IMG/VR virus record: IMGVR_UViG_3300020046_003388
Origin: an uncultured virus (IMG/VR IMGVR_UViG_3300020046_003388)
Lineage: Duplodnaviria > Heunggongvirae > Uroviricota > Caudoviricetes
Length of the DNA stretch: 61,819 bases
Strand: one strand, 5' to 3'
Both the position numbers and the translations under genes were made by a program. The notes under the pieces were generated by a model. It did not search any database. It was not told the DNA's origin and was given only the letters and a program-made list of their open reading frames with translations. Below are positions 47,670 to 56,346 of this stretch, piece by piece; position 1 is the stretch's first letter, and each line of letters begins with the position of its first letter.

Positions 47670-48392
47670 ATGCTTGGACCGTCAGTTAACAAGACAAAAC
47701 CAGGAGTGTTCCGCACCTTGGTCAACTTTCTCTCTCAAGAGGACGTGCTGGGCCCACAGATCAACTCTGCTAAGATCAAAGCACTACAGCTCTATAGGCC
47801 CTTGCACTTCCAAATTGTAAGGGCCAAGGCGTTGCTTAGTCATGGGGATCCTTGGGGTCTAACGAATGCACTAGGGCTCCGAAATTGGTTCCCGATTCGC
47901 CATACCCCCAAGGATTACCCAAAGGTAGACCCAACTCCCTATGTTGATAGTAGTGAGTTAGGTATAGCTCAAGTCTATCGAGTGAGAGAGGGGCTAGGAA
48001 GTCCTACGCATTACCACCAAGACTTGCGTAATACCCCCTACAAAGTCAGGGACACAAGTCAAGTCCCAGCCCTTCCCATCGATACCTTTTTTGATCGAGA
48101 TGGCGCTATCGTCGTACCTTCATCTCAAACTCCTGAAGAAATTGAGATTGAAATGAAGAAGTTGACTGAGCTTTGGGAGGACCCCTGGTCCGGCACCTTT
48201 GTGTTCAGGGAGGCTGAGGTGGAGGCTGAGGAGTCTTGGGCCACCTCTCTTGCTCAGCAAGAAAAGAAAGAAGGGCATGGGGTAGCAGCAGCTCGTCATC
48301 CTCAGCTTCCCGAGGGTAAGGCTCTAGACAAAACCATCCAGGACATCGTAGACGCAGGTGGTACAGCAGACCCTAAAAAGGAGGAAAACTAG
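47670..48392 (+). CDS. hypothetical protein
   Basis: 240-aa ORF flanked by 16-bp direct repeats. Confidence 0.65.
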   Translation: MLGPSVNKTKPGVFRTLVNFLSQEDVLGPQINSAKIKALQLYRPLHFQIVRAKALLSHGDPWGLTNALGLRNWFPIRHTPKDYPKVDPTPYVDSSELGIAQVYRVREGLGSPTHYHQDLRNTPYKVRDTSQVPALPIDTFFDRDGAIVVPSSQTPEEIEIEMKKLTELWEDPWSGTFVFREAEVEAEESWATSLAQQEKKEGHGVAAARHPQLPEGKALDKTIQDIVDAGGTADPKKEEN

Positions 48393-48394
48393 AG

Positions 48395-48600
48395 TGTTGT
48401 TCCAAGTATGGCAAGAAGGATTTCGAGCTACAGGTGAAAGTAGTCCAGCCATCTTTCATGGGGAGGTTGAGGCATCGACCTTTCGTGACGCCTGTATTGC
48501 TATCTTCAAGGGCAACAGTACCTTTGAGGAGAGTACCTTAACCTACTGGGGTTGCCGTCTCTTCGATAACGAAACCAAAGCTCGCAAGTCGTTTGGTTGA
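48395..48600 (+). CDS. hypothetical phage protein; start approximate
   Basis: FQVWQEGF.ATG...TF.DAC...YWGCRLFDNE..AR.SFG. Confidence 0.65.
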
Positions 48601-48615
48601 GCTTTACTAGAGCGT

Positions 48616-48654
48616 GAAGAAGGGGCTTAGAGTCGTACTCTAAGCCCCTTCTTC
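48616..48654. terminator. Perfect 18-bp hairpin between convergent genes (putative bidirectional terminator)
   Basis: gaagaaggggcttagagt-cgt-actctaagccccttcttc. Confidence 0.8.
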
Positions 48655-48938
48655 TATATCGTGGTAACTTCCCCACGGGTCACATAGCCATGCCAGCAAT
48701 CCAAGCTAATGCTCGGAGACAGGGAGAGACTCTCCAACGTAGTACCTGCTACCTCCCACTGCTTGGCTCCCAAAACTGCTGTATCTTGGACCCCATGGTC
48801 TCGGAACCAGATCAGTATGGAGTGCTTGGTGCAAGGGCAATCGAAGACGACTCCTTGCGATGCCTCAAAGGTACCTACCACCCTAAATCCATCTGTTGTC
48901 ACCTGTACAAAGTTAGCCTCTAGCTCCGTTAGTCGCAT
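48654..48938 (-). CDS. DUF6527-like small protein
   Basis: FDCPC...W...LSLSPSI..CWHGYVTRGEV. Confidence 0.65.
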   Translation of the reverse strand: MRLTELEANFVQVTTDGFRVVGTFEASQGVVFDCPCTKHSILIWFRDHGVQDTAVLGAKQWEVAGTTLESLSLSPSISLDCWHGYVTRGEVTTI

Positions 48939-49183
48939 GGCTCATCACCCTCTTGATACTCAGAGAGTAAAGACTCATCATAGGCTCGCTCAGCGTCAAA
49001 TTCTTCTAGGTCGGCCCGCTCCCAAAATGAGTGGTCCTCTGTAGCTTCGAGCACGAGAAGACCTATATCTTCCAGTTTCCGTAGGTCTCGGATGGGTACG
49101 GGTTCCGATTTGCTCGCTGGGGCACACCAGTAACAAAGGCACTGGTACCCTGTCTTAGCTGGACGTCGCCTTGACCGGCTCAT
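48929..49183 (-). CDS. hypothetical protein
   Basis: MSRSRR..CLCYWC. Confidence 0.55.
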   Translation of the reverse strand: MSRSRRRPAKTGYQCLCYWCAPASKSEPVPIRDLRKLEDIGLLVLEATEDHSFWERADLEEFDAERAYDESLLSEYQEGDEPCD

Positions 49184-49449
49184 GTTACTTCGATCTGAAG
49201 GCTCTTGAATTGAGATTGCAAGCTACCTTGAATTCGGGGTAGGAAGTCGGGGGAGGTGGCTGGAGTTATCCTTGGTGCGGACCCCACCTCGCTCCCCTCA
49301 TCAACCCACTCGAACAAGCCTTGGCTTAACCAGCGTTCGACTGTAGCCGAGAACTTGGGCTTGGTTTCTACCATTCGAGAATGCCCCTCCATCTGCTCGA
49401 TGACAAACAGAGTTTCCCCATCGGCATTTCGTACGGTTAAAACTGCCAC
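49180..49449 (-). CDS. hypothetical protein
   Basis: GAGG RBS; ATGA overlap. Confidence 0.6.
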   Translation of the reverse strand: MAVLTVRNADGETLFVIEQMEGHSRMVETKPKFSATVERWLSQGLFEWVDEGSEVGSAPRITPATSPDFLPRIQGSLQSQFKSLQIEVT

Positions 49450-49472
49450 GCTACCTCTAGGCTGTAAATAGG

Positions 49473-49519
49473 GACAGCTCCAATAGGCCTGGGGGGGAGG
49501 TGGGCCTACTGGAGCTGTC
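49473..49519. other. 17-bp stem-loop (terminator-like or structured RNA)
   Basis: gacagctccaataggcc...ggcctactggagctgtc, one mismatch. Confidence 0.6.
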
Positions 49520-49629
49520 TAGTTGTAAGTTAGGGAATCGAACCCATGCTGCTACCGACTAACTCTCACATTTCAAGCAGTGTAATCCTTAGGGTACGGT
49601 AAGGCAAGCCCAATCTTTAGGAGGAGAGC

Positions 49630-49815
49630 CTAATCCCGTTCGATCCTAAGCCGTAGCGCTGAAAGGATTGTGTTTGCAAGTCGTTCGGAGGGGGCTCTTT
49701 TTGCCCATTTGGCTAGGCGTGCAATGTCAGTAACCTCTACCTCATGTTGGAGGAGTCTGGTACTAATCCACTTTGCTGCTATAGCTGGGCTTCGACGGTT
49801 GAACTTGGATCGCAT
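49630..49815 (-). CDS. small basic hypothetical protein
   Basis: ORF in an otherwise intergenic span. Confidence 0.4.
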   Translation of the reverse strand: MRSKFNRRSPAIAAKWISTRLLQHEVEVTDIARLAKWAKRAPSERLANTILSALRLRIERD

Positions 49816-49884
49816 TTTTAGTCACTTTGGTTCGGTAACTGGTGTACACTGGTTAGTAGGTGTGCAACCTAGTAGGAGTATAAG

Positions 49885-50220
49885 ATGAACGATACCGAGT
49901 ATGTAGCAGAGTTGATTCGAAAAGCCAACGTGCTTGTCGCAGACCTGAAGATCGACAAGTCGCAGGTCGTAGACGTGGCTAGACTTTTGCATGAGGTTCG
50001 CAAGCGTAAGGAGACCAGCAGCCCCTACAAGAGCGGAAAGTCCGATCCTGTAGCTGAGGCACGTAAGGCTCCACGTAAGCCTATGATTGTTCGACCCCTA
50101 ACCAAAACCTCTCCCGTAAAAGCTGAAGCTAAGCCTACCCCAGCTAAGCCTGCCCCAAAAGTAGAGGGAGTAGCAGCTACTCCACCACCTCCTTCCGTCA
50201 AAAAGCCAAGGAAGCGGTAA
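49885..50220 (+). CDS. basic Lys/Pro-rich hypothetical protein
   Basis: AGGAG RBS. Confidence 0.7.
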   Translation: MNDTEYVAELIRKANVLVADLKIDKSQVVDVARLLHEVRKRKETSSPYKSGKSDPVAEARKAPRKPMIVRPLTKTSPVKAEAKPTPAKPAPKVEGVAATPPPPSVKKPRKR

Positions 50221-50649
50221 GTGCTCACCTACTTCGTAGAGTCTTCTCGGAGACTCTACGAAGTATCGCTTCGAGAGGATCTAGTCATGAGTACTCTACC
50301 TAGGGCCCGTAAGATTGTCGTTGATACTCCAACGGGTAAGACCCTGTTTTTCTGGAACTTAGGTTCAGGTAAGGGCCACCTCATGGGTATGTCAGGTCCT
50401 GGGGTTACTCTCACTGTCATGTCGAGTAGCTCAACTAGGGCGATCCTACAGATGAGTCTAGCCTCGAAAACTTACGCCGCACAGAACTCCTACGACGAGG
50501 AGCACACCGGAGTTAAGTCTTCTCTTACCCCCAAAGATGTAAAGTGCGCCATCGAGTATGCCCTGCGTGCGGGCTGGAACCTCAACGAGAAGAGGGTTTT
50601 TTCTCCAAAGGGTCCGCTGGACCTGGAAGAATATGAACTTTTACCTTAA
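50221..50649 (+). CDS. hypothetical protein; start uncertain
   Basis: RKIVVD..FFW...LTPKDV..AIEYAL.AGW. Confidence 0.6.
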   Translation: MLTYFVESSRRLYEVSLREDLVMSTLPRARKIVVDTPTGKTLFFWNLGSGKGHLMGMSGPGVTLTVMSSSSTRAILQMSLASKTYAAQNSYDEEHTGVKSSLTPKDVKCAIEYALRAGWNLNEKRVFSPKGPLDLEEYELLP

Positions 50650-50680
50650 GCTCTAGGTCTCCTTAGCCGTAGGTTCAGAC

Positions 50681-50851
50681 ATGGAACTCTTTCGCATCCA
50701 AATCAAGTCCGAAGACCTCCCCCGCCGTAGCCCACTCCTTGTGGCTCTTGTGGCTCGACACGGTGGTGGCGTCAAGATCATGAAGGATCGTCGCACCCCT
50801 CGTGGGGGTAACCGCAACAAGCAGCGTGATTACCGTAGCGATAACTACTGA
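50681..50851 (+). CDS. small basic protein (56 aa; absent from ORF track)
   Basis: MELFRIQIKSEDLPRRSPLLVALVARHGGGVKIMKDRRTPRGGNRNKQRDYRSDNY; CGTA-N9-ATG upstream. Confidence 0.65.
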   Translation: MELFRIQIKSEDLPRRSPLLVALVARHGGGVKIMKDRRTPRGGNRNKQRDYRSDNY

Positions 50852-50862
50852 GGAGATGTAAA

Positions 50863-51042
50863 ATGACCTACGACATCAGCACGAAGATCAAAGCCGAAGC
50901 ATTTGTTCAGATGGTAGTGGAGTCTACCGCCCCTCCGTCAAAGATCCGCAACGCACTTGAGGAGGGCTACGAGCGTGCGGATAAAGCAGCTAACCGAGAG
51001 GTTGCGCTTGTCTTCAAGCATGCTATCGAAGACTTCGCCTAG
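50863..51042 (+). CDS. hypothetical protein (59 aa; absent from ORF track)
   Basis: GAGGAG RBS; MTYDISTKIKAEAF...IEDFA. Confidence 0.65.
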   Translation: MTYDISTKIKAEAFVQMVVESTAPPSKIRNALEEGYERADKAANREVALVFKHAIEDFA

Positions 51043-51203
51043 GGTCTCGGTCACCTAGCCAGTACCAGACAAATGCCGAGGTACTGGCTAGGCTCCCAGA
51101 GTTTCGAGCCCTAACGAGTGAGGATTCGAGCAGCGACCTCAACATTCTCCTTGACGACCTACTTGCAGGTAAAAGTCCCATTATTGCTGCACTTAGTGCC
51201 GAG

Positions 51204-51440
51204 GTGGGGAGCATGCTTGTGGGGTGGGTTGCCTACGAAAGGCTCCCTCGCAGGGGCAAAAGAACAAGCTACATAGTCAACACATTTGTGCTACCTGAGT
51301 ACCGGTACCAGGGAATTGCCAACTCCCTTTTGACCTTACTTTTTCAGCACCCTCAGATTGCAGAGACGAAGATCCTAGTAGACCCAGAGCTTGAGTCCTT
51401 CTGCTCTAGGTTCCCAAGATTGAGGGTGTATGGTACCTAA
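51204..51440 (+). CDS. GNAT acetyltransferase (5' part possibly frameshifted)
   Basis: LVGW...FVLPEYRYQGIANSLL motif A; frame stays open upstream without a canonical start. Confidence 0.65.
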   Translation: MGSMLVGWVAYERLPRRGKRTSYIVNTFVLPEYRYQGIANSLLTLLFQHPQIAETKILVDPELESFCSRFPRLRVYGT

Positions 51441-51720
51441 GGCGCCTCTTCCTGTTACCTACAAGACCTACGAAGAGTTTCGGGTTGCCGTACGGCACAT
51501 GACGGTGCCCGCAAAAATGACGTTTCGTCAGATCTCAACGAGACTCATTATCGAAACCCCCCTCTCAGCTGCGCAGCGCAAGACCCTAGATGGTACCCCT
51601 TTTGAAGGGCTATACCGCTACCCGATACTGACCTGCGACGTAGCAGAGGTACTTCGCCATAGTTTGTGGCGACTGTCCTCCCACTTAGACTCCCCCATCA
51701 AACCCACCCCTAGGAAGTGA
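51430..51720 (+). CDS. hypothetical protein
   Basis: Operon context. Confidence 0.55.
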   Translation: MVPKAPLPVTYKTYEEFRVAVRHMTVPAKMTFRQISTRLIIETPLSAAQRKTLDGTPFEGLYRYPILTCDVAEVLRHSLWRLSSHLDSPIKPTPRK

Positions 51721-51721
51721 A

Positions 51722-52369
51722 ATGACGCTACCTCGTAAGAAGTCTGAGAAGTTTCTGAGAAAGGCTGGAGCCTGGCTGCAAGGTCAATACGAGGTGGCCT
51801 CGTTCTCGGAACTCCTGTCGATGGCGTTGGAACTTCTAAACTGGAAGCCTAAGCAGTTAGCTACCAAGATGGAGGTTATCCCAGCTACAGTCTACCGTTG
51901 GAAGACCGGTCAATCAAAACCACTTCCTGGAATGCAGAGACTGGTCATACGTAACCTTCACTTGGAGGTGCGTAGTTTGAATGGTACTGCGAGGAAAAGG
52001 AAAAAGACAGTAAGTTACACCGCCAACGCCCAAGAGTGTGTAGGCGGTCATGGTGGTAGAGCCTACGCTACCATTACGTCCAGAGTTACTGGGTCCCCAG
52101 CCCAAGCTCAACTTCATGCGAAGGCTATTAGGTCTGTTCTAGCTACAGCACGGGCTGAGGAGCGTGCTAGAATCGCCCTATTCCATGCAACTGGCAGGCT
52201 TGGCCTAAGGTTCAGAGCCCTTGACACAGCTTGGATCCGACGAGTAGAGGCAACTCGTGTTGCTGTAGGGCAACTTATGCGAATTGAGGCGGAGCTAACT
52301 CAACGACCCAAGGGCCATCGATCAGTACTCACTAAAGAGATGCTAGAACATGCCGACGATGGAAGCTAA
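51722..52369 (+). CDS. XRE-type helix-turn-helix protein
   Basis: WKPKQLATKMEVIPATVYRWKTGQSKP. Confidence 0.75.
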   Translation: MTLPRKKSEKFLRKAGAWLQGQYEVASFSELLSMALELLNWKPKQLATKMEVIPATVYRWKTGQSKPLPGMQRLVIRNLHLEVRSLNGTARKRKKTVSYTANAQECVGGHGGRAYATITSRVTGSPAQAQLHAKAIRSVLATARAEERARIALFHATGRLGLRFRALDTAWIRRVEATRVAVGQLMRIEAELTQRPKGHRSVLTKEMLEHADDGS

Positions 52370-52404
52370 GCTCCACAAATTATCCCTCAAGTAACCCCTC
52401 TACT

Positions 52405-52410
52405 GGTGTA
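52405..52410 (+). promoter_or_regulatory. GGTGTA motif 9 nt before ATG 52420
   Basis: Recurrent motif; TCAAG upstream at 52387-52391. Confidence 0.6.
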
Positions 52411-52419
52411 CTCCATCTC

Positions 52420-53094
52420 ATGCTGAAAACCATGTTCAAACTAGTCGGAATAGCGCTCAAGTACGTTGGAGAGAAGCTTCTCTCTTTTCATGGGCAAGAC
52501 ATCGTTCTTCGTCAGACCCCATCTGACCAGGACCTGCTGCAACCTATGCCCATGTGGGCTCCTCTGCACTTCGCTGACTTCCAGCTCCAACATCCGCAAT
52601 ATCGCCAGGAGTTCTGTGATCTTGAGTGGGACCGGTTCGTGAACTACGTTAGGAGGTCTCGAAAAGAAGGTCGCTCAGCTACGATTACAGAGAGCATTTG
52701 GAAGGCCTGGCTGGCTAAGTCTTGGATGGACAAGCAAACCAATGCGACGCAGACTCCCGACGACTCCCCTCAGCTGGAGGCTACCTTCAAGCCTAGGGCA
52801 CACAACTACAACCCCAAGGAGCACAAGACGTTCTACCTTGTGGGGGCGAACATCCTACAGCGTCTAGTGGGCTCAACGGCACCTTGTACCGTACGGGACC
52901 TCACGAAGTACTTTGAGACTACTGGTCAGGGTTTTGCAGAGTCAACCATTCGGGGGACGTGCAAGGAACTTGTAAAGGACGGGATCCTCACCCAGCTAGT
53001 CGATGTGACTCCTGCTACATTTCAGGTAGCGGATGAGGCAGCCGCTCTAGACTTCGTGCAAAAGCACTTGGAACGCACCTCGGAGCCTTCCTGA
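52420..53094 (+). CDS. protein with C-terminal winged-helix domain
   Basis: TVRDL...ESTIRGTCKELVKDGIL. Confidence 0.7.
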   Translation: MLKTMFKLVGIALKYVGEKLLSFHGQDIVLRQTPSDQDLLQPMPMWAPLHFADFQLQHPQYRQEFCDLEWDRFVNYVRRSRKEGRSATITESIWKAWLAKSWMDKQTNATQTPDDSPQLEATFKPRAHNYNPKEHKTFYLVGANILQRLVGSTAPCTVRDLTKYFETTGQGFAESTIRGTCKELVKDGILTQLVDVTPATFQVADEAAALDFVQKHLERTSEPS

Positions 53095-53513
53095 TGGATA
53101 CCCCCAAGGCCACCCAGATTCCAGGCTCAAAGGTGAGCGAAGGACCCCTTGTACGCATCTACTGTGCGGTTCTGAACGACCTAGAGGAGTTGGTTGCCAT
53201 CCCAGAGGTCACAATCAAGCAGGTACAGCAAGCCTCCGGGGTTGTCGAGGTCCTTTGGCCTCTCGGAGTCTACCTCGGGTTTACTGAGGAAGGGTTGACC
53301 CTAGGAATTTACGGTCGAACCTCTACAGGAGAGGTGGTCCATGGGGTATCTCAAAAACCTCTAAGCGTTGACACTTGCCCAGACATTGGCCCTGAGGTTT
53401 GGAACCTTTGGAAGAAGTTGAGGGTCCCCCCATACGTCCTTCACTTCAATATGATGGGTAACTTCGACACGCTCTTTCATCAGACAAGAGAGCAGCACAA
53501 CCTGCAAGCTTGA
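53094..53513 (+). CDS. hypothetical protein
   Basis: TGATG overlap. Confidence 0.6.
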   Translation: MDTPKATQIPGSKVSEGPLVRIYCAVLNDLEELVAIPEVTIKQVQQASGVVEVLWPLGVYLGFTEEGLTLGIYGRTSTGEVVHGVSQKPLSVDTCPDIGPEVWNLWKKLRVPPYVLHFNMMGNFDTLFHQTREQHNLQA

Positions 53514-53514
53514 A

Positions 53515-54087
53515 ATGCCTTGCTACAGTACCAATATCTCCACTTTCTCTACCTTACCCGTACCCTTCCAGTTCGAATGGATTGATGCTCCCTGGGTGAA
53601 GTGGGCGCGTAAAGGGGTTCCAGAGGCGTTTGTTGCCGGGTTGGAGGTGAGCGTCACTCTACCAGTAGCTCAACGACAAGTAGACTTCAACAGTCCGTTT
53701 TCGTTCAGTATCTCTCAGCCTCCTCGATGCCACTGGGTGGTGTATGGGTCAACTTCCAAGCGTCAATGGCCTGTACAGATTGACTACTCAGACTACCAAG
53801 ACCTACTAGCGGATTGGACTCTCATTAAGGCCTCTCGACCTAGTAAGAAGAACCCAAGTTGGTTTACTCCAGGACGAACGGTGTATGCCCTCAATAGGTT
53901 ACTTGATGAGGAGAGCCCCAGAACGTACAGAATCGCAAACGTTAGAGGCTCTTGGGCTGCAATTGTGACTCTAGATGATAGTGGTAACGTTGACGTATTT
54001 CAAGGGATTTACTCACTTAGAGCATTCCCTTTCAATCCTCTCCTCACTCGCTATGAGCGAGGTATCTTCACCTTTCCAGAAAGTTAA
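53515..54087 (+). CDS. hypothetical protein with TRYER tail
   Basis: FTPGRTVY SH3-like segment; LLTRYERG. Confidence 0.6.
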   Translation: MPCYSTNISTFSTLPVPFQFEWIDAPWVKWARKGVPEAFVAGLEVSVTLPVAQRQVDFNSPFSFSISQPPRCHWVVYGSTSKRQWPVQIDYSDYQDLLADWTLIKASRPSKKNPSWFTPGRTVYALNRLLDEESPRTYRIANVRGSWAAIVTLDDSGNVDVFQGIYSLRAFPFNPLLTRYERGIFTFPES

Positions 54088-54090
54088 CCC

Positions 54091-56346
54091 GTGTCGAATA
54101 GCCTAACAAGTACCCCGTCCGTTGCAGAGTTGAACCCAACTACGTTCAACGCCATGATTGACCTCATGCTCACAGTTTCCAGTACGAACAAGCTGCTGGA
54201 AGCTATTGTGAAGGCGGTAGAACTCAACGTAGCGAATCTAGACGAGTCTGTTGAGTCGCTAGCCAAGTCGAATGATGCTCTCTTGGCGGAGGTACGCCAA
54301 ACAACGAGAAAAAAGGACAAGGGCATATTCACGAGTACGGAAACAGAAGACCCGTATGCCGATCTACGACATAACGTAGATGGTAACTTCATTCAGGTCA
54401 TCTTCGACATCTACTCCACCCTTCAGACGGGCTACAGTGCCTTGTCTAGGATTGCAAAGGGTCTAATCCCAGGGGAAGTTCTCGTGGTAGGTGAACGCCT
54501 TACGGCCCACCCAAAAACCATTGAGGAGCTGTCTGCATTCTCTGTTCAATACAACATGAACCGAGCAGCGATCAACGACTTTGCCTCTGGTACTGTTCTC
54601 GCAGAGAGGGCAGATCATGTTGTCGTGGAGATTGGCAACAAGATTGTGAACATCCTTGATCGCTACTACCACACTCTCCTGCAACGGCATGAGTTTGATG
54701 GGGTTCAGGTTCATGGGAATCCCATCTTGACGGACATTGCAATGTCCGTTTACGCGAACGTAGACGCTAACGGGGAGGTCAAGGATGGCAAAAACCCAGA
54801 TGAGGTAAGTGCCTACTCTCTACGTAAAGCTATGCTGGTGATTGAGGCAGTCAAGTTTGGACCAATCGGTCAAATCATTGACAACCCAGACACTCTCATG
54901 AGTATCATTCGCACCGGGCTAAAGGACCTGAGGGACCTAGGCGTAAAGCTAGCAGACTTTGCCGCACCTACAGCTCAACGGATTCGAAGGCTACATCCCA
55001 ACACCTACCGGGAGCCCAAGCGGATCAAGGACCATGTGTTTGAGGCCTCTCTGGGGTACCTGAGCGACTTGGACCCACGAAACGTAGTGTTTCGAGACAA
55101 GCAGCAGATGGCTACCGCAGAAGAGCAGCTGGAAGCCACTTTCAAAAATGAGACTCTAGCTCAGATTGTGAGTAGGCTTAAAGACCCGGATTGTTCGCCC
55201 ACTGACTTGGTCGGATACGTCCTCACTCGTAAGGCAGAGCTTCACAAGTACTACCAGGAGGTCAACAGCTTCTACGTCTGTAAGATTGGGACTGGTAACC
55301 AATTCTCTGGTGAGGCTCCTGGAGGGTTGACTGTGGTCCCAGGAGTAAAGCCTGTCGTCAATATTGACGATGTAGTGGGATCCGGGTTTGACCAGGTAAA
55401 GGAGTTCATTCTCCAGATTCGCGAGGGTGCAAAGTGGCATGACTTGTTCCTGGCTACCTCCCCAAGCAAGAGCGGAGACAAGGCAAATGCCTTGCTTATC
55501 GGTCCGCAAGGTTGCGGTAAGTCAGAAGTTTTGCGTGGCATTGGTGGTGACAAGCAAGCCATTGGCATCTACGCTCAACCCTCCGACTTTCTTACCTGTT
55601 GGAAGGGCGAGGCTGAGAAGAACCCAAAGCGTCTCTTTGAGGCAGCACTCAAGCTCCAGAAAGACTCTGGAAAGCAGGTCTTCATCCTGATTGATGAGGT
55701 GGACACCATCCTCAATGACGACCATGCGCGTGGAGGTTTCGGGTCTACGAACCTGACAACCGAGTTCCAACAACTGATGGATGGTATCCTACGATACCCT
55801 AACATTGCTGTTTGGAGTGCGACGAACCACCCGGAACGTATCCCAATGCCTATGATTCGACGCTTCTCGAAAGTTGCTGTTGTAGGCGAGCTAAACCAAG
55901 CGGATAGGGTGAAGCTATTGAAGCACTTCACTGGGTTTGTGCCTATCTCCCATGAGTTCCCTGAGGCAGCTTGGGAAGACGCTGCTACTCTTCTTGAGGG
56001 GGCCGTAGGAGACACCCTCCGTAAGGTTGCCGACCACATTTGGCGGGAGAAGATGTCCGACCTAGTACGGAATCACCCGCGAGTTGCAGAGAAAATTATC
56101 GCGAAGTTGACTCAGGATGGGGCCAAAAAGTTCCAGGTCTCTCAACTCACAAAAGAGATGAGAGCCGATATCCATAAGGATATGCGTCCTTTCGTCGAAG
56201 TGACGGCTGAGGACCTCATTGCCTCTACAGCTATCCACCTAGACAACATTGCAATTCGCACGGAGATAGCGACAGCGGTAGAGACTTACGAGCGATCGAA
56301 GCTATTCCTTGCTGGGATTAAGTCCCATGCTACACGAGCTTCTTGA
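54091..56346 (+). CDS. AAA+ ATPase with long helical N-terminal region
   Basis: GPQGCGKS, ILIDEVD, MDG, SATNHPERI...IRRF. Confidence 0.9.
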   Translation: MSNSLTSTPSVAELNPTTFNAMIDLMLTVSSTNKLLEAIVKAVELNVANLDESVESLAKSNDALLAEVRQTTRKKDKGIFTSTETEDPYADLRHNVDGNFIQVIFDIYSTLQTGYSALSRIAKGLIPGEVLVVGERLTAHPKTIEELSAFSVQYNMNRAAINDFASGTVLAERADHVVVEIGNKIVNILDRYYHTLLQRHEFDGVQVHGNPILTDIAMSVYANVDANGEVKDGKNPDEVSAYSLRKAMLVIEAVKFGPIGQIIDNPDTLMSIIRTGLKDLRDLGVKLADFAAPTAQRIRRLHPNTYREPKRIKDHVFEASLGYLSDLDPRNVVFRDKQQMATAEEQLEATFKNETLAQIVSRLKDPDCSPTDLVGYVLTRKAELHKYYQEVNSFYVCKIGTGNQFSGEAPGGLTVVPGVKPVVNIDDVVGSGFDQVKEFILQIREGAKWHDLFLATSPSKSGDKANALLIGPQGCGKSEVLRGIGGDKQAIGIYAQPSDFLTCWKGEAEKNPKRLFEAALKLQKDSGKQVFILIDEVDTILNDDHARGGFGSTNLTTEFQQLMDGILRYPNIAVWSATNHPERIPMPMIRRFSKVAVVGELNQADRVKLLKHFTGFVPISHEFPEAAWEDAATLLEGAVGDTLRKVADHIWREKMSDLVRNHPRVAEKIIAKLTQDGAKKFQVSQLTKEMRADIHKDMRPFVEVTAEDLIASTAIHLDNIAIRTEIATAVETYERSKLFLAGIKSHATRAS

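Noticed and set aside
49520..49610. Canonical tRNA gene
   Set aside because: Only a T-loop-like 13-mer is present; no acceptor, D or anticodon stems could be built.
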